From assembly GCA_050944875.1 (NCBI GenBank), contig JBMNRW010000003.1, positions 32,260 through 96,259 on the forward strand: 64,000 bases of DNA. The letters are read 5' to 3'. Made by a program: the position numbers and the translations under genes. The notes below the pieces were generated by a model. That model was not told where the DNA came from and did no database searches. It saw only the letters and a program-made list of their open reading frames with translations. Source of the stretch: Patescibacteria group bacterium (GTDB lineage: Bacteria > Patescibacteriota > UBA1384 > JACPKC01). This document shows positions 54,989 through 64,000 of the stretch, in pieces. The stretch's first letter is position 1, and each line of letters opens with the position of its first letter.

Positions 54989-55864
54989 ATGCAATTTTCG
55001 CCTGGCCGGGGTGACCGGCGTACCGAATGGAAAGAGGGAGTGGCTGCCAAGAAGCGGTTCGGGCAGCATTTTTTAATTGACGAGGCGGTGCTCGCCGACA
55101 TCATCACGGCGGCGGATCTTCAACCGGACGCCCGAGTGCTCGAGATCGGGCCAGGGCATGGCGTGCTCACAAGTGCGCTCGCCGAGGTGGTGAAAGACGA
55201 CGGCCTCATCCTGGCGGTCGAGGCGGACCGCGACCTCGTACCCCTCTTGCGCGCGCGGTTCAACAGCGTGAAGCGGGTGAAGGTCGTCTCGGGCGACATC
55301 CTCGGCCTGCCGCTCGCAAGCCTCCTTGAGCCGCCGTACCAGATCGTTTCGAACCTGCCGTACTCGATCACCTCACCAGTCATCACGAAGTTCCTCCTTG
55401 GTGACTACAAAGGACGGGCGGGCGAAGACTCGCCCCGGCCGACCTCGATGACGCTCCTCATCCAGAAGGAGGTTGCCGAACGACTGACCGCGGATGCGGG
55501 TGACCGGAACCGCGGCGTCCTCACCGTACTCGTCGAGCTTTTCGGACAAGCTGAGCTCATCCGACTCGTGTCACCCGAGGCGTTCGATCCCCGGCCGAAG
55601 GTAGAGAGCGCTGTCGTCCGGATTGAAGTCGGGGAGCCTGGCGCGGAGCCTGGCGCGTTCCTCCAACTCCTCAAGGCTGGGTTCGCGAACAAGCGCCGGC
55701 AGCTCCACAACTCGCTGGCCGGTTCGCTCCACCTTAGCGCCGACGACGCGAAAGCGCTCCTCGACCGCGCCGAGGTGAACCCGCTCCTTAGAGCTGAGCA
55801 GCTCGACCTCGCTGCGTGGCTCCGCCTCTTCGCAGTGGTCACCGAGGCGGTCCGCCGTGCGTGA
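54989..55864 (+). CDS. rsmA: 16S rRNA (adenine1518/1519-N6)-dimethyltransferase
   Basis: FGQHFL, LEIGPGHGVLT (SAM site), NLPY motif. Confidence 0.85.
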   Translation: MQFSPGRGDRRTEWKEGVAAKKRFGQHFLIDEAVLADIITAADLQPDARVLEIGPGHGVLTSALAEVVKDDGLILAVEADRDLVPLLRARFNSVKRVKVVSGDILGLPLASLLEPPYQIVSNLPYSITSPVITKFLLGDYKGRAGEDSPRPTSMTLLIQKEVAERLTADAGDRNRGVLTVLVELFGQAELIRLVSPEAFDPRPKVESAVVRIEVGEPGAEPGAFLQLLKAGFANKRRQLHNSLAGSLHLSADDAKALLDRAEVNPLLRAEQLDLAAWLRLFAVVTEAVRRA

Positions 55865-56555
55865 GCCGGGGACACTCTACGTCGTCGCGACCCCGATCGG
55901 GAACCGTGGCGACATCACGCTCCGTGCCCTCGCAACACTTGAGCACGTCGAGCTCGTACTCGCCGAGGACACCCGCCAGACGCGGAAACTCTTCAGCCTC
56001 TACCCGGACCACCGGTTTGACGTCCAGCTCCTCCGGTTCGACGAGCACGCTGACCACGCCAAGGTGGAGAACCTTACCGACCAGTTGAGTCAGGGGATGA
56101 ACGCTGCACTTCTGTCAGACGCTGGGACGCCACAGGTGTCTGACCCGGGCGGCCGGCTCGTCGAGGCGTGCCGTCGGCGCGGTATTCGCGTCGTTCCGAT
56201 CCCTGGCGCGTCAGCGCTGACCGCAATTCTCTCCGTCGCCGACTTCGCCGCGCAGCCTGTCGCGTTCTACGGTTTCCTCCCGAAGAAGAAGGGACGCGAG
56301 ACAACGCTTCGACGGCTAAAGGAGATGGGCGGGAAATACGGGCTCGCTGCCGCGATTCTCTACGAATCACCCGAGCGGGTGGGGCGGACCTTCTCTGACC
56401 TCGCGAGCGCCCTAGGTGACAAGACGCACGTCGTGGTTGGCCGGGAGCTCACGAAGCAGTTCGAAGAGGTGTGGTACGGCACGCTCGCCGAAGCTCGGGA
56501 GCACTTCACTACCCCGAAGGGTGAGTTCGTCCTCCTCGTTGCGCTCGCGGACTAG
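55857..56555 (+). CDS. rsmI: 16S rRNA (cytidine1402-2'-O)-methyltransferase RsmI (tetrapyrrole-methylase fold)
   Basis: LYVVATPIGNRGDITLRALATL...LAEDTRQTRKL, ESPERV. GTG start overlaps the rsmA end. Confidence 0.8.
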   Translation: MREPGTLYVVATPIGNRGDITLRALATLEHVELVLAEDTRQTRKLFSLYPDHRFDVQLLRFDEHADHAKVENLTDQLSQGMNAALLSDAGTPQVSDPGGRLVEACRRRGIRVVPIPGASALTAILSVADFAAQPVAFYGFLPKKKGRETTLRRLKEMGGKYGLAAAILYESPERVGRTFSDLASALGDKTHVVVGRELTKQFEEVWYGTLAEAREHFTTPKGEFVLLVALAD

Positions 56556-56604
56556 CTTGTCCCTCCTGTTAGAGGAGTGTACGATACGTCAATAGGAGTG
56601 CAGC

Positions 56605-56880
56605 ATGGACCAGCGAGCAGTTGAACTCACGATTACGGGGAAGGTGCAGGACGTCGGATTTCGAAACTGGTTGAGCCGCGAAGCGAACCGGCTCGGCGTC
56701 GTCGGCTGGGTGCGTAACAACACCGACGGGACCGTCTCAGCAATTGCTGAGGGGCCGCGCGAAGCAGTTGACTCGTTTCTCGACATCGTCCGGCGTGGCC
56801 CGGAGTACGGGCAGGTCGAGGACGTGCGCGAGTCCGACACCGAAGCGCACGGCTACTCAGGGTTCAGCGTCGAGTACTAA
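56605..56880 (+). CDS. acyP: acylphosphatase
   Basis: TGKVQDVGFRNW and GWVRNNTDGTV signature motifs. 91 aa. AGGAGTG SD. Confidence 0.8.
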   Translation: MDQRAVELTITGKVQDVGFRNWLSREANRLGVVGWVRNNTDGTVSAIAEGPREAVDSFLDIVRRGPEYGQVEDVRESDTEAHGYSGFSVEY

Positions 56881-58292
56881 TGCGTTCGTTCTACGTTGCT
56901 ACTCCCATCTACTACGCGAACGACAAGCCGCACGTCGGCCACGCGTACACGACCGTTGCGGCGGACGTTCTCGCCCGGTACTGGGCGGGTCGGCTGGGCG
57001 CCGAACAGGTCTTCTTCCTGACGGGCACGGATGAGCACGGCCAGAAGATCGCCGAGGCCGCTGCCCGCGCCGGTCTGGAGCCGAAGGCGTACGTCGACAC
57101 GCAGGTGCCGAAGTTCGAACGGGCCTGGCAAGCACTCGGGGTACAGCCGAGCATCTTCATGCGGACCACTGATCCCGAGCACGAGGCGTTTGCCGCGTCG
57201 TTCCTCCAGCGGCTTTTTGACCGGGGCGACGTCTACAAGGGTGCGTACGACGGCGTCTACTGCGTTGGGTGCGAGGCGTACAAGACGGAGACCGAGCTCC
57301 AGGACGGGAGGTGCCCGGACCACCCGAACCTCACGCCGGAGCGGCGGACAGAGGAGAACTACTTCTTCAAGCTCACTGCCTACGTCCCGCGCGTCATCGA
57401 GGCGATCGAGTCGGGTGCCATGAAAGTGGAGCCGACGATGCGCCGGAACGAGGTGCTCGCTCGCCTGAAGGGCGAGGTGCGCGACATCTCGATCTCCCGG
57501 CCGGGGTTGAGCTGGGGCGTTCCCCTCCCGTGGGACAATTCGCACACCGCCTACGTCTGGGTCGAGGCACTCCTCAACTACCTGAGCGCGCTCGAGAAGG
57601 TTGGGCGGACCGAGCTCTGGCCGGCCAACGTCCAGCTCATGGGGAAGGAGATTCTCTGGTTCCACGCCGGTATCTGGCCGGCGCTCCTCCTGGCTGGCGG
57701 GTACGCCTTACCTGAGCAGGTGTTCGCGCACGGCTGGTTCACGGTGGACGGGCAGAAGATGAGTAAGACCGTCGGGAACGTCGTCGATCCTATCGAGCTC
57801 GCAGAGGAGTGGGGGACGGATGCGGCCCGCTACTTCCTCCTGTCAGCTGTGCCGTTCGGCGCCGACGGTGACATCCAAAAAGCGCGCTTCGCAGAAATCT
57901 ACGTGGCCGACCTGGCGAACAGCCTGGGTAACCTCCTGCACCGCACCGTGACCCTTATTCGCCGGGCCGAACTCGTTGTCGAGCCGGAACTCGACGTCCG
58001 GCTCGGCCGTGCGGACGAAGCGATCGAGGCGATGCGGCTTGACGAGGGACTCAAGGAAATCTGGGCCGTCGTTCGCGAGGCGAACAAGGCGATTGAGGAC
58101 GCGAGGCCGTGGCTCCTCATGAAAGATCCGGCTCGCCGGACGGAGCTCGAAGCGGCGCTCGTCGGAGCGTATCGCGCGCTCGAGGCAATCGCTGCCGGGC
58201 TCGCGCCGTACCTCCCCGAGACCTCAGCGAAGATCCTCGCGCAGCTCCAAGGCGGCGACCTCGTCCCGCTCTTCCTGAGGAAGGACGTGTAA
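56880..58292 (+). CDS. metG: methionine--tRNA ligase (short form without C-terminal tRNA-binding domain)
   Basis: PIYYANDKPHVGHAYTT (HIGH), KMSKTVGNVVDP, zinc knuckle CVGCEAYKTETELQDGRCPDH. TAATG overlap with acyP. Confidence 0.85.
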   Translation: MRSFYVATPIYYANDKPHVGHAYTTVAADVLARYWAGRLGAEQVFFLTGTDEHGQKIAEAAARAGLEPKAYVDTQVPKFERAWQALGVQPSIFMRTTDPEHEAFAASFLQRLFDRGDVYKGAYDGVYCVGCEAYKTETELQDGRCPDHPNLTPERRTEENYFFKLTAYVPRVIEAIESGAMKVEPTMRRNEVLARLKGEVRDISISRPGLSWGVPLPWDNSHTAYVWVEALLNYLSALEKVGRTELWPANVQLMGKEILWFHAGIWPALLLAGGYALPEQVFAHGWFTVDGQKMSKTVGNVVDPIELAEEWGTDAARYFLLSAVPFGADGDIQKARFAEIYVADLANSLGNLLHRTVTLIRRAELVVEPELDVRLGRADEAIEAMRLDEGLKEIWAVVREANKAIEDARPWLLMKDPARRTELEAALVGAYRALEAIAAGLAPYLPETSAKILAQLQGGDLVPLFLRKDV

Positions 58293-59107
58293 TGGAATTC
58301 ATCGATACGCACGCCCATTTGAACGACGAGCACCTGCCGGTTCCGGTTGCTACGGCGGTCGCGGATGCCAAGGCGGCGGGTGTCGTCCAGGTCGTCGTGC
58401 CAGGAACCGATCTCGAGAACTCGAAGCAGGCAGTGCTTCTCGCCAACACGCACGACGCGGTATTCGCCGCGGTCGGCATTCACCCGCACGACGTCCTCGA
58501 AGGGAAATTTGACGCAGCCGCAGTCCGGCCGCTCATCGACGAGTCACGCGTCGTCGCCGTCGGGGAGATCGGAATGGACTTCCATCACTACGACCGCGAC
58601 GAGACAATCGAGAAACAGCAAGCGGCGTTCGCCGCGCAGTTAGAGTTCTCGATCGAAGCCGGCCTGCCGGCGATCGTCCACGGGCGCAGAGCGTACGCCG
58701 ACATCCTCGACGTTATCCGGGCCTACCCGGAGAGCCTTGGCGTGCTCCATAGCTTCGAAGCGGACTACGAGACCGCGAAACGCGTACTCGACGCGGGCTG
58801 GTTCATCTCCCTGACCGCCCTCATCACGTACCCGCAGTACGACTGGCTCCGCGACGTCGTCCGGAAGCTCCCGCTCGAGCTCCTCATGATCGAGACCGAC
58901 GCGCCGTACCTACCGCCGCAGTCGCTCCGTGATGTGACGCCGCCAGTCGCAAAGCCGGGAACGCACGGCACGCGCGGCCGGACGAATACGCCGGCGCACG
59001 TAGTTGAGGTCGCGAAGGTGCTCGCCGAGCTCAAGGGCGTCGAGCTCGAGCTCGTTGCGGCGACGACGACGGAGACGGCGCGGAACTTCTTCCGCCTCCC
59101 GGCATGA
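58292..59107 (+). CDS. TatD-family metal-dependent hydrolase (DNase)
   Basis: FIDTHAHL, GEIGMDFH and other TatD blocks. ATG overlaps the metG stop (TAATG). Longer track ORF from 58109 lacks coding character. Confidence 0.8.
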   Translation: MEFIDTHAHLNDEHLPVPVATAVADAKAAGVVQVVVPGTDLENSKQAVLLANTHDAVFAAVGIHPHDVLEGKFDAAAVRPLIDESRVVAVGEIGMDFHHYDRDETIEKQQAAFAAQLEFSIEAGLPAIVHGRRAYADILDVIRAYPESLGVLHSFEADYETAKRVLDAGWFISLTALITYPQYDWLRDVVRKLPLELLMIETDAPYLPPQSLRDVTPPVAKPGTHGTRGRTNTPAHVVEVAKVLAELKGVELELVAATTTETARNFFRLPA

Positions 59108-59682
59108 ACTGGCGAGTGCTTCTGCGCGCCCCGTTGCTCGCGCTCGCTGTACTCTTCTTATCGCTGTCGCTCGCCATGGTGGCCGCGCCGGTCCACCGGT
59201 CGCTCTTCGCTGTCGTGCCGCCGGATGGCCCGATCACCGAGGAAGCGCGGCGCGGCGTTGACCGCTCGCTCGTGCGGTACCTCACGACAGGCGACCAGGC
59301 GTACGTCGCCGTACTCACTGACGAGGAACAGGTACACATGGCTGACGTCCGGCGCCTCTGGCAGTTCGGCCTTCTTGTCCTCGCTGTGGCGGCCGGGGTG
59401 CTCGCGTTGACGCGTCGGCAACCGGGCGAAGCCGCTTGGGCAGTCGGTCTGCTATTCGTGAGCTCGATCGCGTCGCTCATCTGGTTCGAGCCCTTCTTCC
59501 TGGCGTTCCACGAGGTCGCTTTCCCATCGGGCAACTGGTACCTGCCGGCCGAGACGCACGTACTGACCCAGGCGTACCCCGCGCTGTTCTTCGCGCTGGC
59601 CTGGGCGGCCGTCGTCGCTAGCTCGCTCAGCTTGCTTGGTGTAGCCTGGGCAGTGGAACGGAGGCAGCGTGAACGTCGTTGA
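59104..59682 (+). CDS. integral membrane protein, possibly DUF1461/TIGR01906 family (tentative)
   Basis: 192 aa. N-terminal TM, periplasmic segment, then 3 TM. ATGA overlap upstream. Confidence 0.4.
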   Translation: MNWRVLLRAPLLALAVLFLSLSLAMVAAPVHRSLFAVVPPDGPITEEARRGVDRSLVRYLTTGDQAYVAVLTDEEQVHMADVRRLWQFGLLVLAVAAGVLALTRRQPGEAAWAVGLLFVSSIASLIWFEPFFLAFHEVAFPSGNWYLPAETHVLTQAYPALFFALAWAAVVASSLSLLGVAWAVERRQRERR

Positions 59683-60622
59683 CGTCATCATTGTGGCACT
59701 GTTCGTCCTCGCAATCCTCGACGGCTGGCGGCGAGGGCTCGTCGCGATGCTCATCGACCTTGCTGCGCTCGGCCTCGGCATCGTCGCCGCATTTGCGTTT
59801 TTCGAGTCGGTCGGGGCGTGGTTCGCGCGTTTCGGGCTCTCGGCTGGGTTTCAGCGGATCCTCGGCTTCATCCTCATCCTCTTCGTCGTCGAGCGGGTGA
59901 TCTGGGCGACGTTCGCGCTCCTCTCGAAGCTCATCCCGAACTTCCTGACGAGAAGCGTCGTCAGCCGGTCGGCCGGCGCTGCAGTCGGCGGCCTCAAGGC
60001 GGCTGTTACCGTCTCCATCCTCTTGGGCCTTCTTCTATACCTCCCGGTGCTACCGGTCGTCCGCGACAGCATCAAGGCGTCGTCGCTCGCCGACCGGTTC
60101 GTGAGCACGGCTCCAGCGTTCGAGCGCGCACTCGCACAAGTCATTGAGCCGGCGGTCAAAGAGCTCCAGGCATTCACGACCGTCACCTCGATCGCCGATA
60201 AGCCGATCGACCTCACAATCCCGGTCGGCACGCTCTCGATCGACGAGAGCGCGGAGCGGGAGCTCTTCCGTCTAGCGAACGAGGAGCGGGTGAAGCGAGG
60301 GCTCAATGCGCTCGCATGGGACGAGGAGCTCGCCGACGTCGGCCGGCTCCACTCGAAGGATATGTGGCGACGACAGTTCTTCGCCCACGTGAACCCCGAC
60401 GGGCTCGACCCGTTCGACCGGATGGACGCCGCGAAGGCCAGCTACCTCGTCGCCGGGGAGAACCTCGCGCTGGCGCCGACGACGCCGGTCGCGCACAAGG
60501 GACTCATGGATTCGCCAGGGCACCGCGAGAATATCCTGCGGTCTGAGTACGGCCGGCTCGGGATCGGCGCCGTCCGCAACGGGCTCTACGGCGTCATGTA
60601 CACGCAGCTGTTCCGGAACTGA
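59669..60622 (+). CDS. CvpA-family membrane domain fused to a C-terminal CAP (SCP/PR1-like) domain
   Basis: N-terminus MNVVDVIIVALFVLAILDGWRRGLV plus 4 TM typical of CvpA. C-terminus has the CAP motif GHRENILRSEYGRLGIGAV. GTG start after GGAGGCAG. Confidence 0.65.
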   Translation: MNVVDVIIVALFVLAILDGWRRGLVAMLIDLAALGLGIVAAFAFFESVGAWFARFGLSAGFQRILGFILILFVVERVIWATFALLSKLIPNFLTRSVVSRSAGAAVGGLKAAVTVSILLGLLLYLPVLPVVRDSIKASSLADRFVSTAPAFERALAQVIEPAVKELQAFTTVTSIADKPIDLTIPVGTLSIDESAERELFRLANEERVKRGLNALAWDEELADVGRLHSKDMWRRQFFAHVNPDGLDPFDRMDAAKASYLVAGENLALAPTTPVAHKGLMDSPGHRENILRSEYGRLGIGAVRNGLYGVMYTQLFRN

Positions 60623-60741
60623 GCAGGTTCTTCTTCGTTGTCGAGCCGCTTGCCATGGATAATCGGCTTGTTTCCTGCTATCGTCCACGTGCTCTCGAAC
60701 CTTAAGAATGGAGGTCTGTTCGTCCGGAAGTACTATTCCGC

Positions 60742-61098
60742 ATGAAGGGAAGTGGTTCCATGGTGGTGGCGGCGATTCTACTCGGTTTCGGTTGCATGCT
60801 CCGGGGATTCTGGAAGCTGCGAACTGGCGAGCCCGACTCCTGCTCCGGTATATATGAGTTCCTCTGCGGGGTGCTGGCCGTGCTTGCCGGCTGCCTAGCG
60901 CCGAGTTCGCTCCGTGTGTTCGGGTCTATTCCGAACGTTTCGGAAAACATCTGGTGGGAGGTGGTCCAGGTGATGAGAGTTGGAATGCTCCTCGGTGTTC
61001 TGGCCCTCTGCGCTGCTTCGATTGCGGGCGTGTTCTCTCGGCAGGAGCGGCGTCAGCGAGGCACGGTCTCTCGTGTATTCGACGGACTGGAGGACTGA
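60742..61098 (+). CDS. small hypothetical membrane protein
   Basis: 118 aa, 3-4 hydrophobic segments, Cys-rich. TACTAT box 5 nt before the ATG. Lower-GC region. Confidence 0.35.
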   Translation: MKGSGSMVVAAILLGFGCMLRGFWKLRTGEPDSCSGIYEFLCGVLAVLAGCLAPSSLRVFGSIPNVSENIWWEVVQVMRVGMLLGVLALCAASIAGVFSRQERRQRGTVSRVFDGLED

Positions 61099-61101
61099 TT
61101 C

Positions 61102-61267
61102 AGTGCTTTCGTTCGGCGAATTTGCACTCCTCGCACTCCTGTTCGTTGGCTTCTGCCGATGGTTGTCGGCTCGGAAGCGGTGTTGGTGCTACGAGGCGGA
61201 CTACTTCGGTCGCAAGGCCGATCTCCTGCCGGACAATGTTGTCCAACTGACCGGAAGGAAGCGGTAA
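61102..61267 (+). CDS. very small hypothetical membrane protein (about 55 aa)
   Basis: GTG start. Translation VLSFGEFALLALLFVGFCRWLSARKRCWCYEADYFGRKADLLPDNVVQLTGRKR. Within ORF 60980..61267. Confidence 0.25.
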
Positions 61268-61271
61268 CAAC

Positions 61272-61535
61272 ATGGCGCTCACAGTTTCGCCATGGTGCCA
61301 ATTCTGGTCTCGGGTGCGGTTCTTTGCCCAGTTCATCCTCGGGGTCTGGTCCTTCGTCGTCTCAGCTGGACTCGGCCTACTGAGCGTTGCCGTTTGCTTC
61401 ATGGCGATCGCGGCGACGAACGACGTCGATCGACTGACTCCGCCGCTCGCCCTAGCCTCACTGTTGGTGACGTGGTCGATCTCCGCCGCGATCCTCCACA
61501 TCGCCCGTAGCGTTGCTGACGAGCAGCTGCCATGA
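61272..61535 (+). CDS. small hypothetical membrane protein
   Basis: 87 aa with two clear TM segments. Confidence 0.35.
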   Translation: MALTVSPWCQFWSRVRFFAQFILGVWSFVVSAGLGLLSVAVCFMAIAATNDVDRLTPPLALASLLVTWSISAAILHIARSVADEQLP

Positions 61536-61660
61536 AGGCGACTGTCGTCTTCCTCGTCTCTGTAGTCACGGTCGGATGTCTTTACATTTGCTCGTGGCGA
61601 CCACCTATGCGTGCGTCGTACTTCCAGTCGACGCGTTAATGCGAGCCTTACACTCGCTCC

Positions 61661-61688
61661 AAGGGTCCTTCGGGACCCTTTTGCTTTG
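61661..61688 (+). terminator. rho-independent terminator with UUCG loop
   Basis: AAGGGTCC ttcg GGACCCTT then TTGCTTTG. Confidence 0.6.
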
Positions 61689-61715
61689 CCCGGAAAGCGA
61701 GTACACTCTTCCGTT

Positions 61716-62765
61716 ATGGCACACGAACGCATCCTCGTCGGACTCTCTGGCGGCGTCGACTCATCCGTTGTCGCCGCCCGGCTTGTTGACGCTGGCCACG
61801 AGGTCGTCGGCGTCTACCTTAAAGCTTGGGACGACGACGCTGCGATAGCGCTGAGGGGCGCTTGCCCGTGGCGTGACGACATCGCCGACTGTCGCCGTAT
61901 CGCTGCTCACCTCGGGATTCCGTTCGAAGTGGTCGACGTGCGGGACGCGTACCGCACGCGGGTCGTCGACGCCCTCATCAGTGAGTACGCGGCCGGCCGG
62001 ACGCCGAACCCGGACATTCTCTGCAACCGGGAGATGAAGTTCGGCTTCCTCCTTGACCTCGCCCGTGAGCTCGGCTACGACGCGGTCGCGACCGGGCACT
62101 ACGCCCGGATTGTCGATGGCGAGCTCCACCGCGGCGCGGACCCGAAGAAAGACCAGACGTACTTCCTCTGGCAGCTCCGTTCTGCCGACTTGCCGATGAT
62201 CCGCTTTCCGCTCGGCGCTGAGACGAAGGCTGTAATCCGTGCAGAAGCGCAGGAGCGCGGCCTGGCAACGGCGGCGAAGCGCGACAGTCAGGGGATCTGT
62301 TTCCTGGGACCTGTCGACCTCCGCTCGTTCTTGGTTGACGCGCTCCACCTCGCACCCGGTGACGTCGTGACGACAGACGGCAAGACCGTTGGTCGGCACC
62401 AGGGCGCGGCGGCGTATACGGTTGGCCAGCGCCACGGCTTAGGCGTGTGGGGCGGCGCCGGTGAGACGTACTACGTCGTCGAGCGCGACCTCCGGCGCAA
62501 TCGGCTTGTCGTCGACACAGCGCCGCCTACGACGACGACGCTCACCGCGCGAGCGCTCAACTGGATCGGCGCGTCGCCCAGCGTTGGCGACCGCATTGAG
62601 GCGCGCATCCGCCACGGCCAAGTGCCGCAGCCGTGCACCGTTGAGGCGTGTAACAGCGAGGAGCTCGAGCTCCGGTTCGACGAGCCGCAGCTCGCTGTCG
62701 CACCTGGTCAGTCCGTGGTATGCTCGCTCGGTACACATGTGCTCGGAGGAGGTCTTATTGCGTAG
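61716..62765 (+). CDS. mnmA: tRNA-specific 2-thiouridylase
   Basis: PP-loop SGGVDSSV, NPDILCNREMKFG, catalytic Cys blocks. TACACT box ends 8 nt before the ATG. Confidence 0.85.
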   Translation: MAHERILVGLSGGVDSSVVAARLVDAGHEVVGVYLKAWDDDAAIALRGACPWRDDIADCRRIAAHLGIPFEVVDVRDAYRTRVVDALISEYAAGRTPNPDILCNREMKFGFLLDLARELGYDAVATGHYARIVDGELHRGADPKKDQTYFLWQLRSADLPMIRFPLGAETKAVIRAEAQERGLATAAKRDSQGICFLGPVDLRSFLVDALHLAPGDVVTTDGKTVGRHQGAAAYTVGQRHGLGVWGGAGETYYVVERDLRRNRLVVDTAPPTTTTLTARALNWIGASPSVGDRIEARIRHGQVPQPCTVEACNSEELELRFDEPQLAVAPGQSVVCSLGTHVLGGGLIA

Positions 62766-63930
62766 TGCCTCAGGAATTCGCCAGCTGCTGGCACTTGTTG
62801 CCGCGTTCGCGCTCGGCGGGCTCGTCGGCGGGAAGGTTGTACTCGAGACGCCGGAGTACGGCCTCGGTCGCGCGATCAACACGGCGCTCGGCCAGCCGGC
62901 AGACGCCGACTACCAGCTCTACTGGGACGTCTACAACAAGATTCTCGCGAAGTACCCGGGCGCGGTCGACCAAGAGGCGCTCCTCTACGGGGCGATCCGC
63001 GGCTCAGTCGAGGCACTCGACGACCCGTACAGCTTGTTCTTGACGCCTGACGAGCGGAACCGCTTCTTCGAGGAGATCCGTGGCGAGTTCACCGGGATTG
63101 GCGCGGAGATTAGTCAGGAAGAGAACACCTTCGTGATCGTCACCCCGCTTCCGGGTTCGCCTGCGGAGGCGGCCGGACTGAAGGCACAGGACGTCATCCT
63201 GGCAGTCGGCGACAAGCCGGCGGGTGAGTTCGCGTTCAACGAACTCATCAACGCGATTCGTGGCCCGAAGGGGACGTCGGTTGCGCTCAAAATCCGCCGG
63301 GGCGAAGAGGAGAAGTCGGTCACCGTCCGCCGCGATACGATCATGGTGAGTTCGGTCACGTACGAGCAGCGCGAGGATGGGATCGCCTACGTTCGCCTGA
63401 CCCAGTTCGGTGACGATACAACGAAGCGGATGACCGAGATCGCCCGCGAGCTTAAGGAGAAGGGCGCGCGCGCCGTCCTCCTCGACCTCCGGAATAACCC
63501 GGGCGGCTACCTCGATAGCTCGATCGACGTTGCGAGCCTGTTCGTGAAGGACGGGACGATTGTCCGCGAGAAAGATAAAACAGGTGAGGAGAAGGCGTTC
63601 GAGCCGACGCTCGAGTCGCTGCTCGTCGACCTCCCCCTCGTCGTCCTCGTTAACGAGGGGTCGGCGTCGGCCTCCGAGATCGTCGCCGGTGCAATCCAAG
63701 ACCACAGCCGCGGCACACTGGTCGGCGTGAAGACGTACGGCAAGGGGTCGGTGCAGGAAGTCGAGGACCTCGAGGACGGATCAGCACTTCGCTTGACGGT
63801 TGCAGCATGGCTGACGCCGAAGGGGCGGGCGATCGACCAACAGGGGATTACGCCTGACGTCGAGGTGGTGAACGATGAGGCAACAGAAGCGGACGAACAG
63901 CTCGACCGAGCGGTCGAACTCCTCAAGTAG
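62737..63930 (+). CDS. S41-family carboxy-terminal processing peptidase (PDZ domain)
   Basis: PDZ region (GSPAEAAGLKAQDVILAVGDKPA), catalytic GSASASEI and GTLVGVKTYGKGSVQ blocks. ATG at 62737 overlaps the mnmA end. Alternative TTG at 62758 lies after GGAGGAGG. Confidence 0.8.
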   Translation: MCSEEVLLRSASGIRQLLALVAAFALGGLVGGKVVLETPEYGLGRAINTALGQPADADYQLYWDVYNKILAKYPGAVDQEALLYGAIRGSVEALDDPYSLFLTPDERNRFFEEIRGEFTGIGAEISQEENTFVIVTPLPGSPAEAAGLKAQDVILAVGDKPAGEFAFNELINAIRGPKGTSVALKIRRGEEEKSVTVRRDTIMVSSVTYEQREDGIAYVRLTQFGDDTTKRMTEIARELKEKGARAVLLDLRNNPGGYLDSSIDVASLFVKDGTIVREKDKTGEEKAFEPTLESLLVDLPLVVLVNEGSASASEIVAGAIQDHSRGTLVGVKTYGKGSVQEVEDLEDGSALRLTVAAWLTPKGRAIDQQGITPDVEVVNDEATEADEQLDRAVELLK

Positions 63931-63981
63931 CCGTTGTTCGAACCTGATCGCTCCGCTACGATACTACGGAAAGGAGTCGGT

Positions 63982-64000
63982 ATGCGGGTTCTCCTCACGA
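63982..64000 (+). CDS. 5' end of an unidentified gene, cut by window edge
   Basis: ATG 7 nt after GGAAAGGAG. Only 6 codons visible. Confidence 0.3.

Noticed and set aside
1-64000. CRISPR arrays, transposases, integrases or prophage genes
   Set aside because: No direct-repeat/spacer periodicity was seen, and no ORF resembled a transposase, recombinase, Cas protein or phage structural protein.

Overview
This is a high-GC bacterial chromosomal segment (background roughly two-thirds G+C by eye, not computed). It is densely packed with housekeeping genes on both strands and uses the standard genetic code, since genes end in TAA/TAG/TGA. I found no CRISPR array, transposase or integrase. Recognisable content includes tsaD, a FemAB-like gene, valS, and a family-A DNA polymerase encoded as separate 5'-3' exonuclease and polymerase-only genes with a P-loop kinase-like gene between them. 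It also includes murB, holA, lepB, a TrmB-like regulator, a NUDIX hydrolase, rpsT, a DHH/DHHA1 phosphoesterase, rpsO-pnp, RNase J, ftsK, a RodZ-like HTH protein, recA and PEP synthase. A tRNA-Ser/Arg/Arg cluster is followed by a ~12-kb Wzx/Wzy-type glycan locus with two flippases, two O-antigen-ligase-like proteins, three GT4 glycosyltransferases, a GtrA, a secreted glycoside hydrolase-like protein and an N-terminally short MurE-like ligase. Downstream lie dnaX-dnaB-UvrD/PcrA-type helicase, a DUF218 protein, a G5/3D-domain protein, ksgA-rsmI, acylphosphatase, metG, tatD, a CvpA-CAP fusion, mnmA and a C-terminal processing protease. Many genes carry a TGn-extended -10 box only 5-9 nt before the start codon, which suggests leaderless mRNAs. 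Gene content and organisation (split proofreading-less PolA, FemAB, TrmB, tiny intergenic spaces) suggest a reduced-genome, possibly Patescibacteria/CPR-like lineage, but that is inference only. The most unusual items are the operonic valS-exo-kinase-pol arrangement, tRNA-mimicking hairpin repeats after two tRNA genes, an apparent tRNA-Arg(GCG), a frameshifted ORF and an in-frame TAG inside ORFs with good coding statistics, and several lower-GC pockets of small hypothetical genes. All coordinates and motif calls were made by eye from the sequence and the supplied ORF track; no similarity search was run.
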